DNA from: Nannocystales bacterium | Lineage (GTDB): Bacteria > Myxococcota_A > Polyangia > Nannocystales > Nannocystaceae | DNA: 64,000 bases | Direction: 5' to 3' | Assembly: GCA_050633305.1 (NCBI GenBank) | Contig: JBOEGF010000018.1 | Coordinates: 480,001 to 544,000, forward strand | Part shown: positions 10,309-20,043 of the stretch, in pieces | Layout of the letters: every line of letters starts with the position of its first letter | Numbering within the stretch: position 1 is the stretch's first letter | Notes under the pieces: model-generated | Told to the model about the DNA's origin: nothing | What the model saw: the letters and a program-made list of their open reading frames with translations, nothing else | The model's database searches: none | Translations under genes and position numbers: made by a program

Positions 10309-10868
10309 AGCGAGCGTGGGGGGCGTTGGCGCTGTGCATCGGCTGCGCGCCGAGTTCGGCGACGCCCTCGCTCGAGCCCCCACCCGATTCCCCTCCGGCA
10401 TCCGCGGTCGACGAGGCGTCGGCCCAGGCATCCGCCGCGCCGCGTGAGGGGGTGCCCATCGAGCTCGATGTGCCGCTGATCTCCGGCGAGTCGGAGGCCT
10501 TGGCTGCCCTGCGAGGCAAGGTCGTTGTGCTCATGTTGTCGTCTTCGGACCGCCCCGGTTGGTCCGGGTTCCGATCGCACTTCGAATCCCGTCTCGATCA
10601 GATTGGACGCGAGCGCTTGGTGGTCGTCGCTGTGGCCAACGACGCGGACCCCGAACACCTCAAGGCGGAGTGGGACCGTGATCCACCCCCGTTCCTCCTC
10701 GGCTGGGATCCCGACGGTGCGCTCGCCTTGAGGCTGGGTGTCGCGGCGCTGCCCGCGGTGTTCGTACTCGATCCGGACGGTCACGCGAGGGGGAACCTGG
10801 CCAGCGTGGATGCGGCCGCGCTGGCGACCATCGACGCGTGGGTCGACGAAGCGCTGGCCTCGCGGTGA
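10305..10868 (+). CDS. TlpA/thioredoxin-fold lipoprotein lacking CxxC
   Basis: ATGA overlap with hemE; lipobox CIGC; LRGKVVVL...DPDGALALRLGVAALPAVFVLDPDG is the TlpA pattern, but SDRPGW stands where WCxxC is expected. Confidence 0.65.
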   Translation: MKRAWGALALCIGCAPSSATPSLEPPPDSPPASAVDEASAQASAAPREGVPIELDVPLISGESEALAALRGKVVVLMLSSSDRPGWSGFRSHFESRLDQIGRERLVVVAVANDADPEHLKAEWDRDPPPFLLGWDPDGALALRLGVAALPAVFVLDPDGHARGNLASVDAAALATIDAWVDEALASR

Positions 10869-10916
10869 CGCCGACCGCTCGGGCTCGGGTGCCCCAGCCC
10901 GGGTTGGTGTGTCGCG

Positions 10917-11951
10917 TCAGCCAGCTCGACGCTGGGTCGAGCTTTGAACCGCTTCGAGGTGCGCGGCGACGGTCGTCCACTCGGGGCGGAGCTCGAGTGC
11001 CCGCTCCAGGTGCGTGATGGCTTTGGCCCGGTCTCCCGCGTCGTCTCGCGCCAGAAGTGCGATCCCCAGGCTGACGTGGCCCCGGGCGTGGTTGGGCGAC
11101 TCCTCCACCAGGAACTGGAAAATCCCGATCGCATCGTCGAGTTGGCCCGACTTCTGGAAGGCTATGCCGAACTCGTGGAGGACGGACGAGCCGTACTCGC
11201 CGGCCCAGACGGTCCCGAGCAGGAGTTGACGGGCGGTGTCGGGGTCCCGGCGGACCAGCAGGCCACGGGCCCGGTCCAGGGCGAGCTGTCCTGGACGCGC
11301 AAGCGTACGCGCGCGTCGGTGAAGCTTGGTGCGGCACCGTCTGCACGGGGTCGTGGGTGCGTCGTCGAGAGAGACGACCGAAGGGTCGCGGCGCATCACG
11401 CAGTTGTCGTCGGCGTGGTGGTGGAGCCCAAAGGTGTGCCCCGCTTCGTGCATGACGAGTTTGGTGAGGCGGTCCGCGTAGAGGCGCTCGTCGCTGGACT
11501 GGAGCCGTGCGGTCGAGATGATCGCGATCCGATCGGAGAGGCTGGCGAGTCCGAATACGAAGGGTTTCCCGTCTTCGAAGATGTCGTCCGCGGTCAGGTC
11601 GATCTCGACCAATGCATCCGCGGCGCGGTCCCGGAACAGCAACTCCAGGCCCTTGCGGGCGTCGACTTGGCCCCGTTTCGCGTCGAACGCGGAGGTCAGG
11701 ACGTCGGTCGGCCGTCCCGCGCGAACCTCACAGCGCACCCGCAGCTGGGCGAGCAATGCCCGGCACGCCAGGCGGGCATCCGCATCCGAGACTGCGCCCA
11801 CGGTCCGTACGACCACCAGGGGAGGGCGGGGATCCGTGGCGGAGACCGAATCGTCGGCCTCTGCGACCGCGGGCATGCCCAGCCCGCACAGCGCGATGGC
11901 TGTGAACGCGGCCCAAAGGAGACCGCCGAGGCTGTAGAGACGACGTTGCAT
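10917..11951 (-). CDS. Archaemetzincin-like (M54) zinc metallopeptidase with C-terminal TPRs
   Basis: Signal peptide; FVFGLAS, HEAGHTFGLHH, NCVM, PCRRC; C-terminal TPR-like helices. Confidence 0.8.
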   Translation of the reverse strand: MQRRLYSLGGLLWAAFTAIALCGLGMPAVAEADDSVSATDPRPPLVVVRTVGAVSDADARLACRALLAQLRVRCEVRAGRPTDVLTSAFDAKRGQVDARKGLELLFRDRAADALVEIDLTADDIFEDGKPFVFGLASLSDRIAIISTARLQSSDERLYADRLTKLVMHEAGHTFGLHHHADDNCVMRRDPSVVSLDDAPTTPCRRCRTKLHRRARTLARPGQLALDRARGLLVRRDPDTARQLLLGTVWAGEYGSSVLHEFGIAFQKSGQLDDAIGIFQFLVEESPNHARGHVSLGIALLARDDAGDRAKAITHLERALELRPEWTTVAAHLEAVQSSTQRRAG

Positions 11952-12122
11952 GACGCGCAGTGGCGACCCGGGTTCCGCGTTGGGGCCTTGACGATCCACG
12001 GTACGTGTCGAGGCTGCTCCGTCCAAGTAGGAAAATGTGCTAATCCCGGGCGGAGGACGTCCATCGCCTCAGAAGACCGGTATTGGCCGGTTGGAACAGC
12101 GTTGAACGAAATCGCTCGCACC

Positions 12123-13079
12123 ATGTCGAAACCCGAGGATCGTGCGTCTGTATCGCAACCCGGCGGCTCCCGGCCCAGCAGCGGACAGGGGGAGTCGGCA
12201 CCCGCGCGGGATCCGATCTGGACGGTGCGCGAACTCATGACATGGACCCAGGACCGGTTCACGAAGGCCGGCATCGACGGCGCGCGGACCGACGTCGAAT
12301 ACTTGCTGTCCGCCGCGATGGGCTGCGATCGCATGTCTTTGTATGTCCGGCACGACGATGCGGTCTCCGCCGAGGCGAAGACGATCTTTCGGGGTTGGGT
12401 CAAGCGGCGGCTTGCACGGGAACCCGTGGCGTACCTGCTCGGCCGTCGTGGATTCCATGCGCTCGACCTCGAACTCGAGGTCGACAATCGGGTTCTCGTT
12501 CCGCGTCCGGACACCGAGCACCTCGTCGACTGGCTGCTCGAGGAGTTCCCCGAGAGCGCGTCCGAGGGAGCGAGGGTCCTGGACGTGGGAACGGGATCTG
12601 GCGCGGTGGCGCTTGCGATCGCGAAAGCGCGGCCGAAGGCCAAGGTGACGGCTTGCGACGTCAGTGATGACGCGCTGGCGCTGGCGGCCAAGAACGCGAG
12701 CACCGCCGCTCTCGAGGTCGACTTCCTCCGCTCTGACCTGCTCGCGGATGTGCCGAAGCCGGAGGGGGGATGGGCCGCGATCGCGTCCAACCTCCCCTAC
12801 ATTCCCTCCGGTGAACTCGACGCGCTGCAGCCCGAGGTGGCCCGCTGGGAGCCGCGCCTTGCCCTCGATGGCGGTCCCGATGGCCTCGACCTCATCCGGA
12901 AGCTGGTGACCGCTGCGACGGAGGCGCTCGCGCCGGGGGCTGGCCTGTACCTGGAGCTCGGGCACGACCAGTCCGAAGCTGTGCAAGCCTTGATGCGCGA
13001 TGCGGGCTTTGTCGGCGTCGCGGCGCGCAAGGACTACGGGCAGATCGAGCGAGTCGTTCGCGGCCACAGACCCCAGTGA
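12123..13079 (+). CDS. prmC: Release factor glutamine methyltransferase (HemK)
   Basis: RRLAREPVAYLLG, VLVPRPDTE, LDVGTGSG, SNLPYI, EPRLALDGGPDGL, KDYGQIERVV. Confidence 0.95.
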   Translation: MSKPEDRASVSQPGGSRPSSGQGESAPARDPIWTVRELMTWTQDRFTKAGIDGARTDVEYLLSAAMGCDRMSLYVRHDDAVSAEAKTIFRGWVKRRLAREPVAYLLGRRGFHALDLELEVDNRVLVPRPDTEHLVDWLLEEFPESASEGARVLDVGTGSGAVALAIAKARPKAKVTACDVSDDALALAAKNASTAALEVDFLRSDLLADVPKPEGGWAAIASNLPYIPSGELDALQPEVARWEPRLALDGGPDGLDLIRKLVTAATEALAPGAGLYLELGHDQSEAVQALMRDAGFVGVAARKDYGQIERVVRGHRPQ

Positions 13080-13126
13080 CCCGCGCGTTTTTTGGCCCGG
13101 GCCACGCGCCACGCTAGCGTTCGGGC

Positions 13127-13702
13127 ATGCTGCGTTCCGCCTGCGTTCTCGCGTTGCTCACCCTCGCCTCGGGCTGCATGACCGGCGACGGGATGGCTAC
13201 GAAGATCCGGGACACGACAACCGCCTACAACCGGGCGCTGCGCTGGGGGGACATCGACCACGCCGTCGAGTACGTGCCGCCACAGTCGAAGCAGCAGTTC
13301 TTGGACCGCTACGACATCACCGAGGACAAGCTGGTGGTCGTGGAGTACGAGGTGACGCGGTTGGACCTCGATCGCGAGCGCGGTGTCGCCGCGAGTCGGG
13401 CCGAGATCGTCTGGCATACCGACCGCGATCTCGTCGTCGAGCGCACCTTCGTCGACCAACTATGGCAGTTCCATGACGGATCATTCGTTCTCGTGGACGA
13501 GCGTCGATCTGGGGGAACACCCCTGAGTATCTTCGCTGAGGCCGCCGAAGACCCCCATCCCTACCTTCCTGGGCTGGAGGCGTATCGGAAAGAACACAAG
13601 ATCGGCGAAAAGAACAAGTTCGAGAAGTCCAAGCGGCGCAAGCGGAAAGAAGCCAAAGAGGCGAACCAGGCGAGAAGGGCCGAGCCGGTCGCACTTCGGT
13701 GA
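13127..13702 (+). CDS. Hypothetical lipoprotein
   Basis: Lipobox ASGC; YNRALRWGD motif; coding-like composition. Confidence 0.7.
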   Translation: MLRSACVLALLTLASGCMTGDGMATKIRDTTTAYNRALRWGDIDHAVEYVPPQSKQQFLDRYDITEDKLVVVEYEVTRLDLDRERGVAASRAEIVWHTDRDLVVERTFVDQLWQFHDGSFVLVDERRSGGTPLSIFAEAAEDPHPYLPGLEAYRKEHKIGEKNKFEKSKRRKRKEAKEANQARRAEPVALR

Positions 13703-13741
13703 CCGTGTGCCGGCGCCGATACGATCGTATCTTTGGCCGCC

Positions 13742-16222
13742 ATGAGCCCGAGCCGCAATGATCGGTCGTCGTTCACGGTCCCCGCGACCAGCGGTGACCT
13801 GATCGGCGACATGCAGCGGCAGAATCGGCGACGCATTCTCAAACGTGCCGCGCAGATTACTGCGCTGGGCACCGTGCTGCTGTTGGCCGGGTTCGGCATC
13901 AAGCACCTCGCGGATCAGCGAGACCGGGACAACGTCATCGAGCGGGTTGAGGTGCAGTACGTGCAGGGCACGGTCGCGGACCTGGTCGGCGCGGTCGAGC
14001 TCGCCGAGCTGGGTCTGCAGCGTCACCCCGATCACGCCCCACTTCAGGGCGCCCGGGGTCTGATGCGGGCTCACCTGTGGGCGGAGTTCGGCAGCGACCA
14101 GGCGGCCGCCGCTGCTGCCGTGGACGCACTCCCGCCCTCGCCCGCAAAAACGATCGGCGAGGGCATGCTTGCGTTCGCGGCCGGAGACATCGATGCGGCC
14201 GCCGCGGCGCTCGACGTCGACCTTGGGGAGGCCGCGTCCACCTTCGAGCAGCTCGAGCTGACGTGGTTGCAAGGGATGGTCGCAGCAGCTCGGGCCGAGG
14301 CGGATCCCGAACGCATGGCGGCGACGCTGGAGGTGCTTGGTGCTCGTGTCGACGCCGGTGATGCGGGCACATCGCTGCGGCGTGTCCAGGCGTACTTGCT
14401 GCTGCTCTCGGGGCAGAGCGAGCCCGCACTCGACATGTTGTCCGCCGCGCGGGGGCAAGCCCGGTCCCACTACGGACTGGCTGCCGACGAGGCGTTGTTC
14501 AACGCCCACCTCCATCAAGAACTCGGCGGTGTCGCCAGCGTGGCAGACCAGCTTCTGGCCATGTCGCCCGAGGCTCTCTCTCCGCGAGATCGCGCCCACG
14601 CTGCGCTGTCGCGGGCGGTGGCGCATGTTGCCGAGGGGGAGCCCGACGATGCGCTCGAGCGCCTGGACGAGGCGTGGCCCAATTTGTCGGCGTGGAACAT
14701 GCTAGCGCGCCGACTGGCGGTTCAGACCGCGCTCGATGCTGGCGACACGAAACGCTACGAGGACTGGCTCGAAACCTCCGCGTTCGGCGAGGACGAGAAA
14801 GCGATCTACCGAGCCTGGGCGACCTTGATCGGCGGGGACGTCATGAAGGCGCTATCGCAGCTCGAGAAAGCCCCCCAGGCGCATCCTTGGGTCGGTCTGC
14901 TTCAGGCGTTGGCGCTGGTCGAACAGGGGCGATGGGAAGAGGCCAAGCCCTGGGTCGACCGCGCAGGGAAGCTGTTGCCGGGGCGCCACGACCTCGAGGT
15001 CGCCGCGGCTCGCGTCGATCTGCGGCTTGGCGACAAGGCGCTGGCGCTGCGTCGACTCGAAGCGCTCGCGGAACAAGAGGCGCATGCCCCACGAGCTTTC
15101 ACAGGACTCGGCGAGGCGCATCTCCTGCAAGACGGGGACGACAGGAGCGACAAGAGAGCCAAGCGAGCGTTGGAAAAGGCCGTAGATCGGGAGTCGGCAC
15201 CCGCCGAAGCGAAGTTCCTGCTCAGCGGCATCTTGCACCGCCGTCGGATGAAGGATCCAGAGGCGGAGGAGAGGGCGCTCGAACTGCTGCGATCAGCCGC
15301 CAAGACGAACCCCCACCTTCCGCGGTACCGCATTGCGCTGGCCGGATACTTGGCGGACCTCGGCTACACACGTGAGGCCCTCGAGCGCATGGACAAGCTG
15401 CGTGGCGAAGTCGGCGTCTCGTGGCCCTTCATGCTGCGACACGCACGCATGCTCGTGGAACGGAGGGGTCCGCTGGACGAAAAGGGCGTCGAGGCGCTTC
15501 TAAAGTCCGCCGAGGAGGCGGGCGCGGACGCGGCTTCGCTTCGCAAGGAGCGCGCGCGAATCGATCTCCGGGTGGGGTCGAAGGAGTCGTTGGCGAAGGC
15601 TCAACTCGAACTCGAAGCGTTGATCGCCGAACGACCCGCCGATACGGACGCCCACGTATTGCTGGCGATGACACTGCTCAAGCAGTTCGACCGCAAAGGG
15701 GCGGATGCGGTCGCTCGACGAGCCGTTGCGACCGTCGCTGCCGACGACATCGGCCTGCTCCGGCTCGCGCGCGCGAAGATCTCCGCGCGGGTGGGGCGTA
15801 CCGTCCAGGCCGCACCGATGGCCCGTTCGGCCTGGACTGCGTTGCTCTCCGCCGAGTCGGTGACGACGGCCCAACTCTTGGATGCCGGGGCCCTCACGAC
15901 GCGACTTTGGACCCGGCGGAAGAAAGACGCCGTCGCGCTACGGGTCGCCCGGGAGCTGACGGATCGCGTGGCCTATCACGCCGACGCCTGGACGATCCGA
16001 GCTCGCACAGAGTTGGCCGCGAATGAGGCGTCGAGTGCTCGCGAGAGCGCCAGGACAGCGCTCGAACTCGATGAGAACAACCCCGGCGCCCACGAGATCC
16101 AGGGGCACTGCCTGCTGCGCTTCGGTGACAAGGCAGGGGCCCGCAAGGCGTACGAACAGGCGATTGAGCTCGCGAGCGCGTCCGAGAAGGACACCTACCG
16201 GGCCAATCTCAAGCGTCTGTAA
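13742..16222 (+). CDS. Large membrane-anchored TPR protein
   Basis: N-terminal TM segment followed by Ala/Leu-rich helical repeats ending in a clear TPR (ARKAYEQAIEL). Confidence 0.75.
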   Translation: MSPSRNDRSSFTVPATSGDLIGDMQRQNRRRILKRAAQITALGTVLLLAGFGIKHLADQRDRDNVIERVEVQYVQGTVADLVGAVELAELGLQRHPDHAPLQGARGLMRAHLWAEFGSDQAAAAAAVDALPPSPAKTIGEGMLAFAAGDIDAAAAALDVDLGEAASTFEQLELTWLQGMVAAARAEADPERMAATLEVLGARVDAGDAGTSLRRVQAYLLLLSGQSEPALDMLSAARGQARSHYGLAADEALFNAHLHQELGGVASVADQLLAMSPEALSPRDRAHAALSRAVAHVAEGEPDDALERLDEAWPNLSAWNMLARRLAVQTALDAGDTKRYEDWLETSAFGEDEKAIYRAWATLIGGDVMKALSQLEKAPQAHPWVGLLQALALVEQGRWEEAKPWVDRAGKLLPGRHDLEVAAARVDLRLGDKALALRRLEALAEQEAHAPRAFTGLGEAHLLQDGDDRSDKRAKRALEKAVDRESAPAEAKFLLSGILHRRRMKDPEAEERALELLRSAAKTNPHLPRYRIALAGYLADLGYTREALERMDKLRGEVGVSWPFMLRHARMLVERRGPLDEKGVEALLKSAEEAGADAASLRKERARIDLRVGSKESLAKAQLELEALIAERPADTDAHVLLAMTLLKQFDRKGADAVARRAVATVAADDIGLLRLARAKISARVGRTVQAAPMARSAWTALLSAESVTTAQLLDAGALTTRLWTRRKKDAVALRVARELTDRVAYHADAWTIRARTELAANEASSARESARTALELDENNPGAHEIQGHCLLRFGDKAGARKAYEQAIELASASEKDTYRANLKRL

Positions 16223-16275
16223 GCGGCTCGGGACGAACCGAACCGCTTCGGACCGCCCCGACTCCGGAGCAGGAC

Positions 16276-17979
16276 TCAGGGGGAGGACAACAGCACCGTG
16301 GTGTTGTCGTCGCCCGTGTTGGTCACGGCGATGTCGCCCACACCATCGTCGTTGAAGTCAGCGACGGCGACCGCGCTGGGTACGCTACCGACGGCGAAGG
16401 TGAACGTGTCGTCGAACGCACCGAGTCCGTTGCCGACCAAGATGGTGACGGTTTCGTCGGTGGCGTTGACCGTGATCAGGTCGAGTTCGTCGTCTGCGTT
16501 GATGTCGGCCGCCGTGATCGCGACCGTACCCGCACCGACCGCGAACGGCACCCCTCCTCCGAACCCTCCGATGCCATTGCCCAGCGCGACGGTGACGAGC
16601 CCCTCCGTGGTGACGACGGCGTCGTCGTTCATGTCACCGTTGATGTCGGCGACGGTAAAGGCCGTTGCCGCCGAGCCAACCGAGGTTGTCGCGGGAGGTC
16701 CGAACAAGCCCGCACCGTTGCCCGCAACCAGGACGACATCACTGCCGACGATGCCGACGATGTCGATGTTGTCGTCGCCCGAGAAGTCGCCCGCAAAAAC
16801 GTCGGGTGCCGCCCCGCCCATGTCGACGGCTGTCGCGTCGCCGAACGCTCCCGCCCCGTCGCCGGGGAGCACGGAGACGCCTGCGCTCGTCTTGGCGATG
16901 ACAGCGTCGAGGAAGGTGTCTTCGTTGATGTCTGCGAAGCTGACCTGCAGCGGTCCGTTGCCGCCCGCGTCATACGTCGTGACGGCGCCGAACGTCCCGT
17001 CGTCTCCGCCCGGGAGAACACCCAGAGCTTGGTCGCCCTGAAGTGTGACGACAAGCTCCGGGCTTCCGGCACCGTCGAGATCGACCAAGGCCAGCGAGGA
17101 AGGGTTGGTGCCGACGGGGTAGGTCGCGTCGGCGATCAAGATGCCGGTCCCGTTTCCGACGCGGACGCCGACTTCGTTGTCGACTCCGCCTGCGACGATC
17201 AGGTCGGCGTTTCCGTCACCATCGATGTCTTGTGCGAGCACGGCACGAGGCCCAGCGGGCGCATCAAAGGAGAGACCTTCGATGAAGCACACCTCCCCGG
17301 TGTTGACGGTTCCGTCTCCACACTCTCCAGGACCGGTTGTCGGGTCGTCGGTGGTGTCGGTGGCGGTGGTGGAGTCGGTGTCGGTGTCGGCGGCGCTGTC
17401 CGTGGCAGTCGGACCGGCTGTGGTCGAGCCGTCATCGTCCGTCTCCGAACCGGTCGCGGGGTCGGTGTCAGAATCGGTGGCCGTTCCAACGTCGGTATCG
17501 GTGTCCGTGTCGGACGGAATGCTCGAAGACACGATGAGCCCATAGTGGGCGGCAAGCGTATCGTCGGTGCATGTGACCACCTGTGTGTCGAAGTCGATGT
17601 TGGTGCGGGTGAGCGCGGCGTAGGAGCCACCCACGTCACGACCGATGACGAGCTGGTTGGCGTCGCGCCCGTTGACCTCCGCGGCGGTAAACGTGTAGTC
17701 GAGCACCGCGTTGAGCCCCAGCGTCGCTTGCGGGCGGACCGAGTAGTTCGCACCGAGCGCGGCGGGGCCGTCGGCGGTCGCGGTGACCGTGAACTCTGTG
17801 AGCGCCGCGAGTGCCCCCGGCGGGATGGTGATGCGCAGGGCACCCGCCTCGAGGACGCCGCCCTCGGGTCCGATGGACTTGGTCTGCTCACCATTTTGTG
17901 TGGCCTCGTCGGGCTCGTTGCAGCCCGGCACAAGCGCGCACGACAAGGCTGCGACGACGAATGAAAGTCCAGTCCGCAT
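16276..17979 (-). CDS. Lipoprotein with ZU5-like N-domain, Thr/Asp linker and FG-GAP/VCBS repeats
   Basis: Lipobox VPGC; IGPEGG..L.IPPGAL (ZU5-like); repeated DxDGDGxxDL motifs. Confidence 0.8.
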   Translation of the reverse strand: MRTGLSFVVAALSCALVPGCNEPDEATQNGEQTKSIGPEGGVLEAGALRITIPPGALAALTEFTVTATADGPAALGANYSVRPQATLGLNAVLDYTFTAAEVNGRDANQLVIGRDVGGSYAALTRTNIDFDTQVVTCTDDTLAAHYGLIVSSSIPSDTDTDTDVGTATDSDTDPATGSETDDDGSTTAGPTATDSAADTDTDSTTATDTTDDPTTGPGECGDGTVNTGEVCFIEGLSFDAPAGPRAVLAQDIDGDGNADLIVAGGVDNEVGVRVGNGTGILIADATYPVGTNPSSLALVDLDGAGSPELVVTLQGDQALGVLPGGDDGTFGAVTTYDAGGNGPLQVSFADINEDTFLDAVIAKTSAGVSVLPGDGAGAFGDATAVDMGGAAPDVFAGDFSGDDNIDIVGIVGSDVVLVAGNGAGLFGPPATTSVGSAATAFTVADINGDMNDDAVVTTEGLVTVALGNGIGGFGGGVPFAVGAGTVAITAADINADDELDLITVNATDETVTILVGNGLGAFDDTFTFAVGSVPSAVAVADFNDDGVGDIAVTNTGDDNTTVLLSSP

Positions 17980-18240
17980 TATCGCGAAATTTAGCATGCG
18001 GGAGTTCCTCCCCGCACGTTCTGCCCCGCTGCGAGAGTCGCCTGCGCATGGGGACAGCGTTGCAGATTGAGTCGATCTGGAGCGGTTGGGGAAGACTCGA
18101 CGTTAGACCTGTGTCTTGGCTTTCGCTCCAGGCGACGACTGACAAGTCTCCCAGGGACAGGGGCGCGACAGGGGTCGGATCGGTCATGGAGCGAAAGGAC
18201 CCGCGCGCCGATTTCGCCGCCCGTTTGCGTCGCGCGCGGC

Positions 18241-19416
18241 CTACGTTGCGTCGGGTGCAGGGGTGTCTGGGCCACTCTCTGGCAACGTTGGCGCCTTGAT
18301 ATACGCCGCGTCGACCTCGCCCGTCAGCGTGCCCAGGAAGGTCATGATCGACTGGGTTTCCCCCGCGGTGAGGGACCCCTTGGCGAGTTGGTGCTCGGCC
18401 ATTTTTTGAACCATGACCTCGAGGCTCTTGATCGAGCCGTCGTGCAGATATGGGCCGGTCTCGGTGATGTTCCGCAGCGAAGGGACCTTGAAGGAAAACT
18501 TGTCCGGTGCGGACTTGGTCAGGGCGAAACGCCCCTCATCTTTGGAGTCCGGCCACGGTTTCACGGAGCCCAGCTTCTGGAATTGGTTGCCGCCCAAGAG
18601 CGCACCTGAGTGACACTGCGTGCAGCCCACATCCATGAAGGTCTTCAGTCCCGCGGCTTCCGCATCGGTGAGCGCGGAGGCGTCACCCGCGATGAACGTG
18701 TCGAATTTGCTGGGGGTCACCAGCTTGCGTTCGAACACGCCGATCGCGTTGGCCATGTTGTCGTACGTGACCGGGTCGGCACTGCCCGGGAACGCCGCCT
18801 TGAACGCTTCGACGTAGCCCGGGATCGACTTCAGGGTCGCGACGACGGTCGCTTCGTCCGGCATGGCCATCTCGACCGGGTTGAGGATCGGTCCCTTTGC
18901 TTGCGCTTCGACGTCTGCAGCGCGGCCGTCCCAAAACTGCGCGAGGTGGAAGGCGGCGTTGTAGACGGTCGGGGAGTTCCGATCGCCGAAGGCCTTCTTG
19001 TGTCCTTCGGAGGTCTTGGCTCGCTTGCCATCGATCTTTCGGACGTCGACGCCGAAGTTCTCCAGGTCGTGGCACGAGTTGCACGACAGATCGTGGTTCT
19101 TCGACAGCCGGGTTTCGTAGTAGAGCATTCGGCCCAGATCCGCTTTGGGTGCGGTCCACGGATTGGCTGCATTCTTGGCCTCGGGATCCAGGGCGCCGAA
19201 CAAGGGTCTCGCAGCGACGAGGACGGCTTCCGGGTTGACCTGCGGGGCCGCCGGGGCGCCCGCAGCTGGTGCATCGCCGTAGGTGCGGGGGGCGGTCGAC
19301 TTGGGAGGCCCGGCTGCGGACCGGTCCTCCTCACACCCGGCCGCGAGTGCGAGTGCAGCGACGGATGCGAGCGCAAAGCCCCTGTAAGTCTGCGGAGTGA
19401 AACGGTATTTCGTCAT
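18241..19416 (-). CDS. Di-haem cytochrome c peroxidase (CCP/MauG family) lipoprotein
   Basis: Two haem motifs, CNSCH and CTQCH; RNSPTVYNA, QFWDGRA, PILNPVEM, FKVPSLRN, PYLHDG. Confidence 0.93.
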   Translation of the reverse strand: MTKYRFTPQTYRGFALASVAALALAAGCEEDRSAAGPPKSTAPRTYGDAPAAGAPAAPQVNPEAVLVAARPLFGALDPEAKNAANPWTAPKADLGRMLYYETRLSKNHDLSCNSCHDLENFGVDVRKIDGKRAKTSEGHKKAFGDRNSPTVYNAAFHLAQFWDGRAADVEAQAKGPILNPVEMAMPDEATVVATLKSIPGYVEAFKAAFPGSADPVTYDNMANAIGVFERKLVTPSKFDTFIAGDASALTDAEAAGLKTFMDVGCTQCHSGALLGGNQFQKLGSVKPWPDSKDEGRFALTKSAPDKFSFKVPSLRNITETGPYLHDGSIKSLEVMVQKMAEHQLAKGSLTAGETQSIMTFLGTLTGEVDAAYIKAPTLPESGPDTPAPDAT

Positions 19417-19542
19417 CGTCGTAGGTCTCCTGGACCGCTCGGGGAACCACTACCCCGCACGGCGACGGCTCGCAACGTTTTGCGCTGTGACTCCGCCTGG
19501 GGTCGGGTTGCTGGGCGTCTCCCCACCTGTCAACGTAGTGGC

Positions 19543-20043
19543 ATGAGCCGCAGGGTTGCCCGCACCATTTTCGTGAGTCTGGTCGCACTCGGCTTCGCCG
19601 GGTGTGGGAGCAAGGACGACGCGACGGCAGCTGAGCGATTGTGGATCTCGACGATCCCGACGAGCCCAAAACAACCCATCAGCGCATTCTTGGCGACGAA
19701 GGCGAAGGATGGAAAGTACATCGGCGCGTTCTTCACCGGCTCGCTCTATCGGGGGGGGCACGACGTGTTCACGTGGTCGTCGCGTTCGGGAGGCGCCGAC
19801 CTGGTTTTCCTCCAAGATGGCTCCAAGGCCCGGCTTCGGTTCGAGTCGTGCAAACCCAGCAAGGGCTTTGACCACTGCCTGATGGTCAAGGGCGACCCGA
19901 CCGGCACCGGCCGCTACCAGTCGCGCAAACGTTGGTCGGTGCGCCGCGGAAAAGGCGAGGCGATTCCATCGCAGCTCTTCCCCCAAGCTGTCGTGGACCT
20001 CGCCGAGGATGACGAAGACCTTCGGGCGCTGCTTCAGCCTTGA
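19543..20043 (+). CDS. Hypothetical lipoprotein
   Basis: MSRRVARTIFVSLVALGFAGC lipobox; its stop overlaps the TTG of the next gene. Confidence 0.7.
   Translation: MSRRVARTIFVSLVALGFAGCGSKDDATAAERLWISTIPTSPKQPISAFLATKAKDGKYIGAFFTGSLYRGGHDVFTWSSRSGGADLVFLQDGSKARLRFESCKPSKGFDHCLMVKGDPTGTGRYQSRKRWSVRRGKGEAIPSQLFPQAVVDLAEDDEDLRALLQP

Noticed and set aside
17330..17520. Repetitive GTCGGT/GTCGGTG tracts (also near 30780-30900, 54000-54075, 59640-59760) as possible CRISPR or tandem arrays
   Set aside because: They encode Thr/Asp/Ser or acidic low-complexity linkers inside CDSs; no repeat-spacer structure or cas genes.
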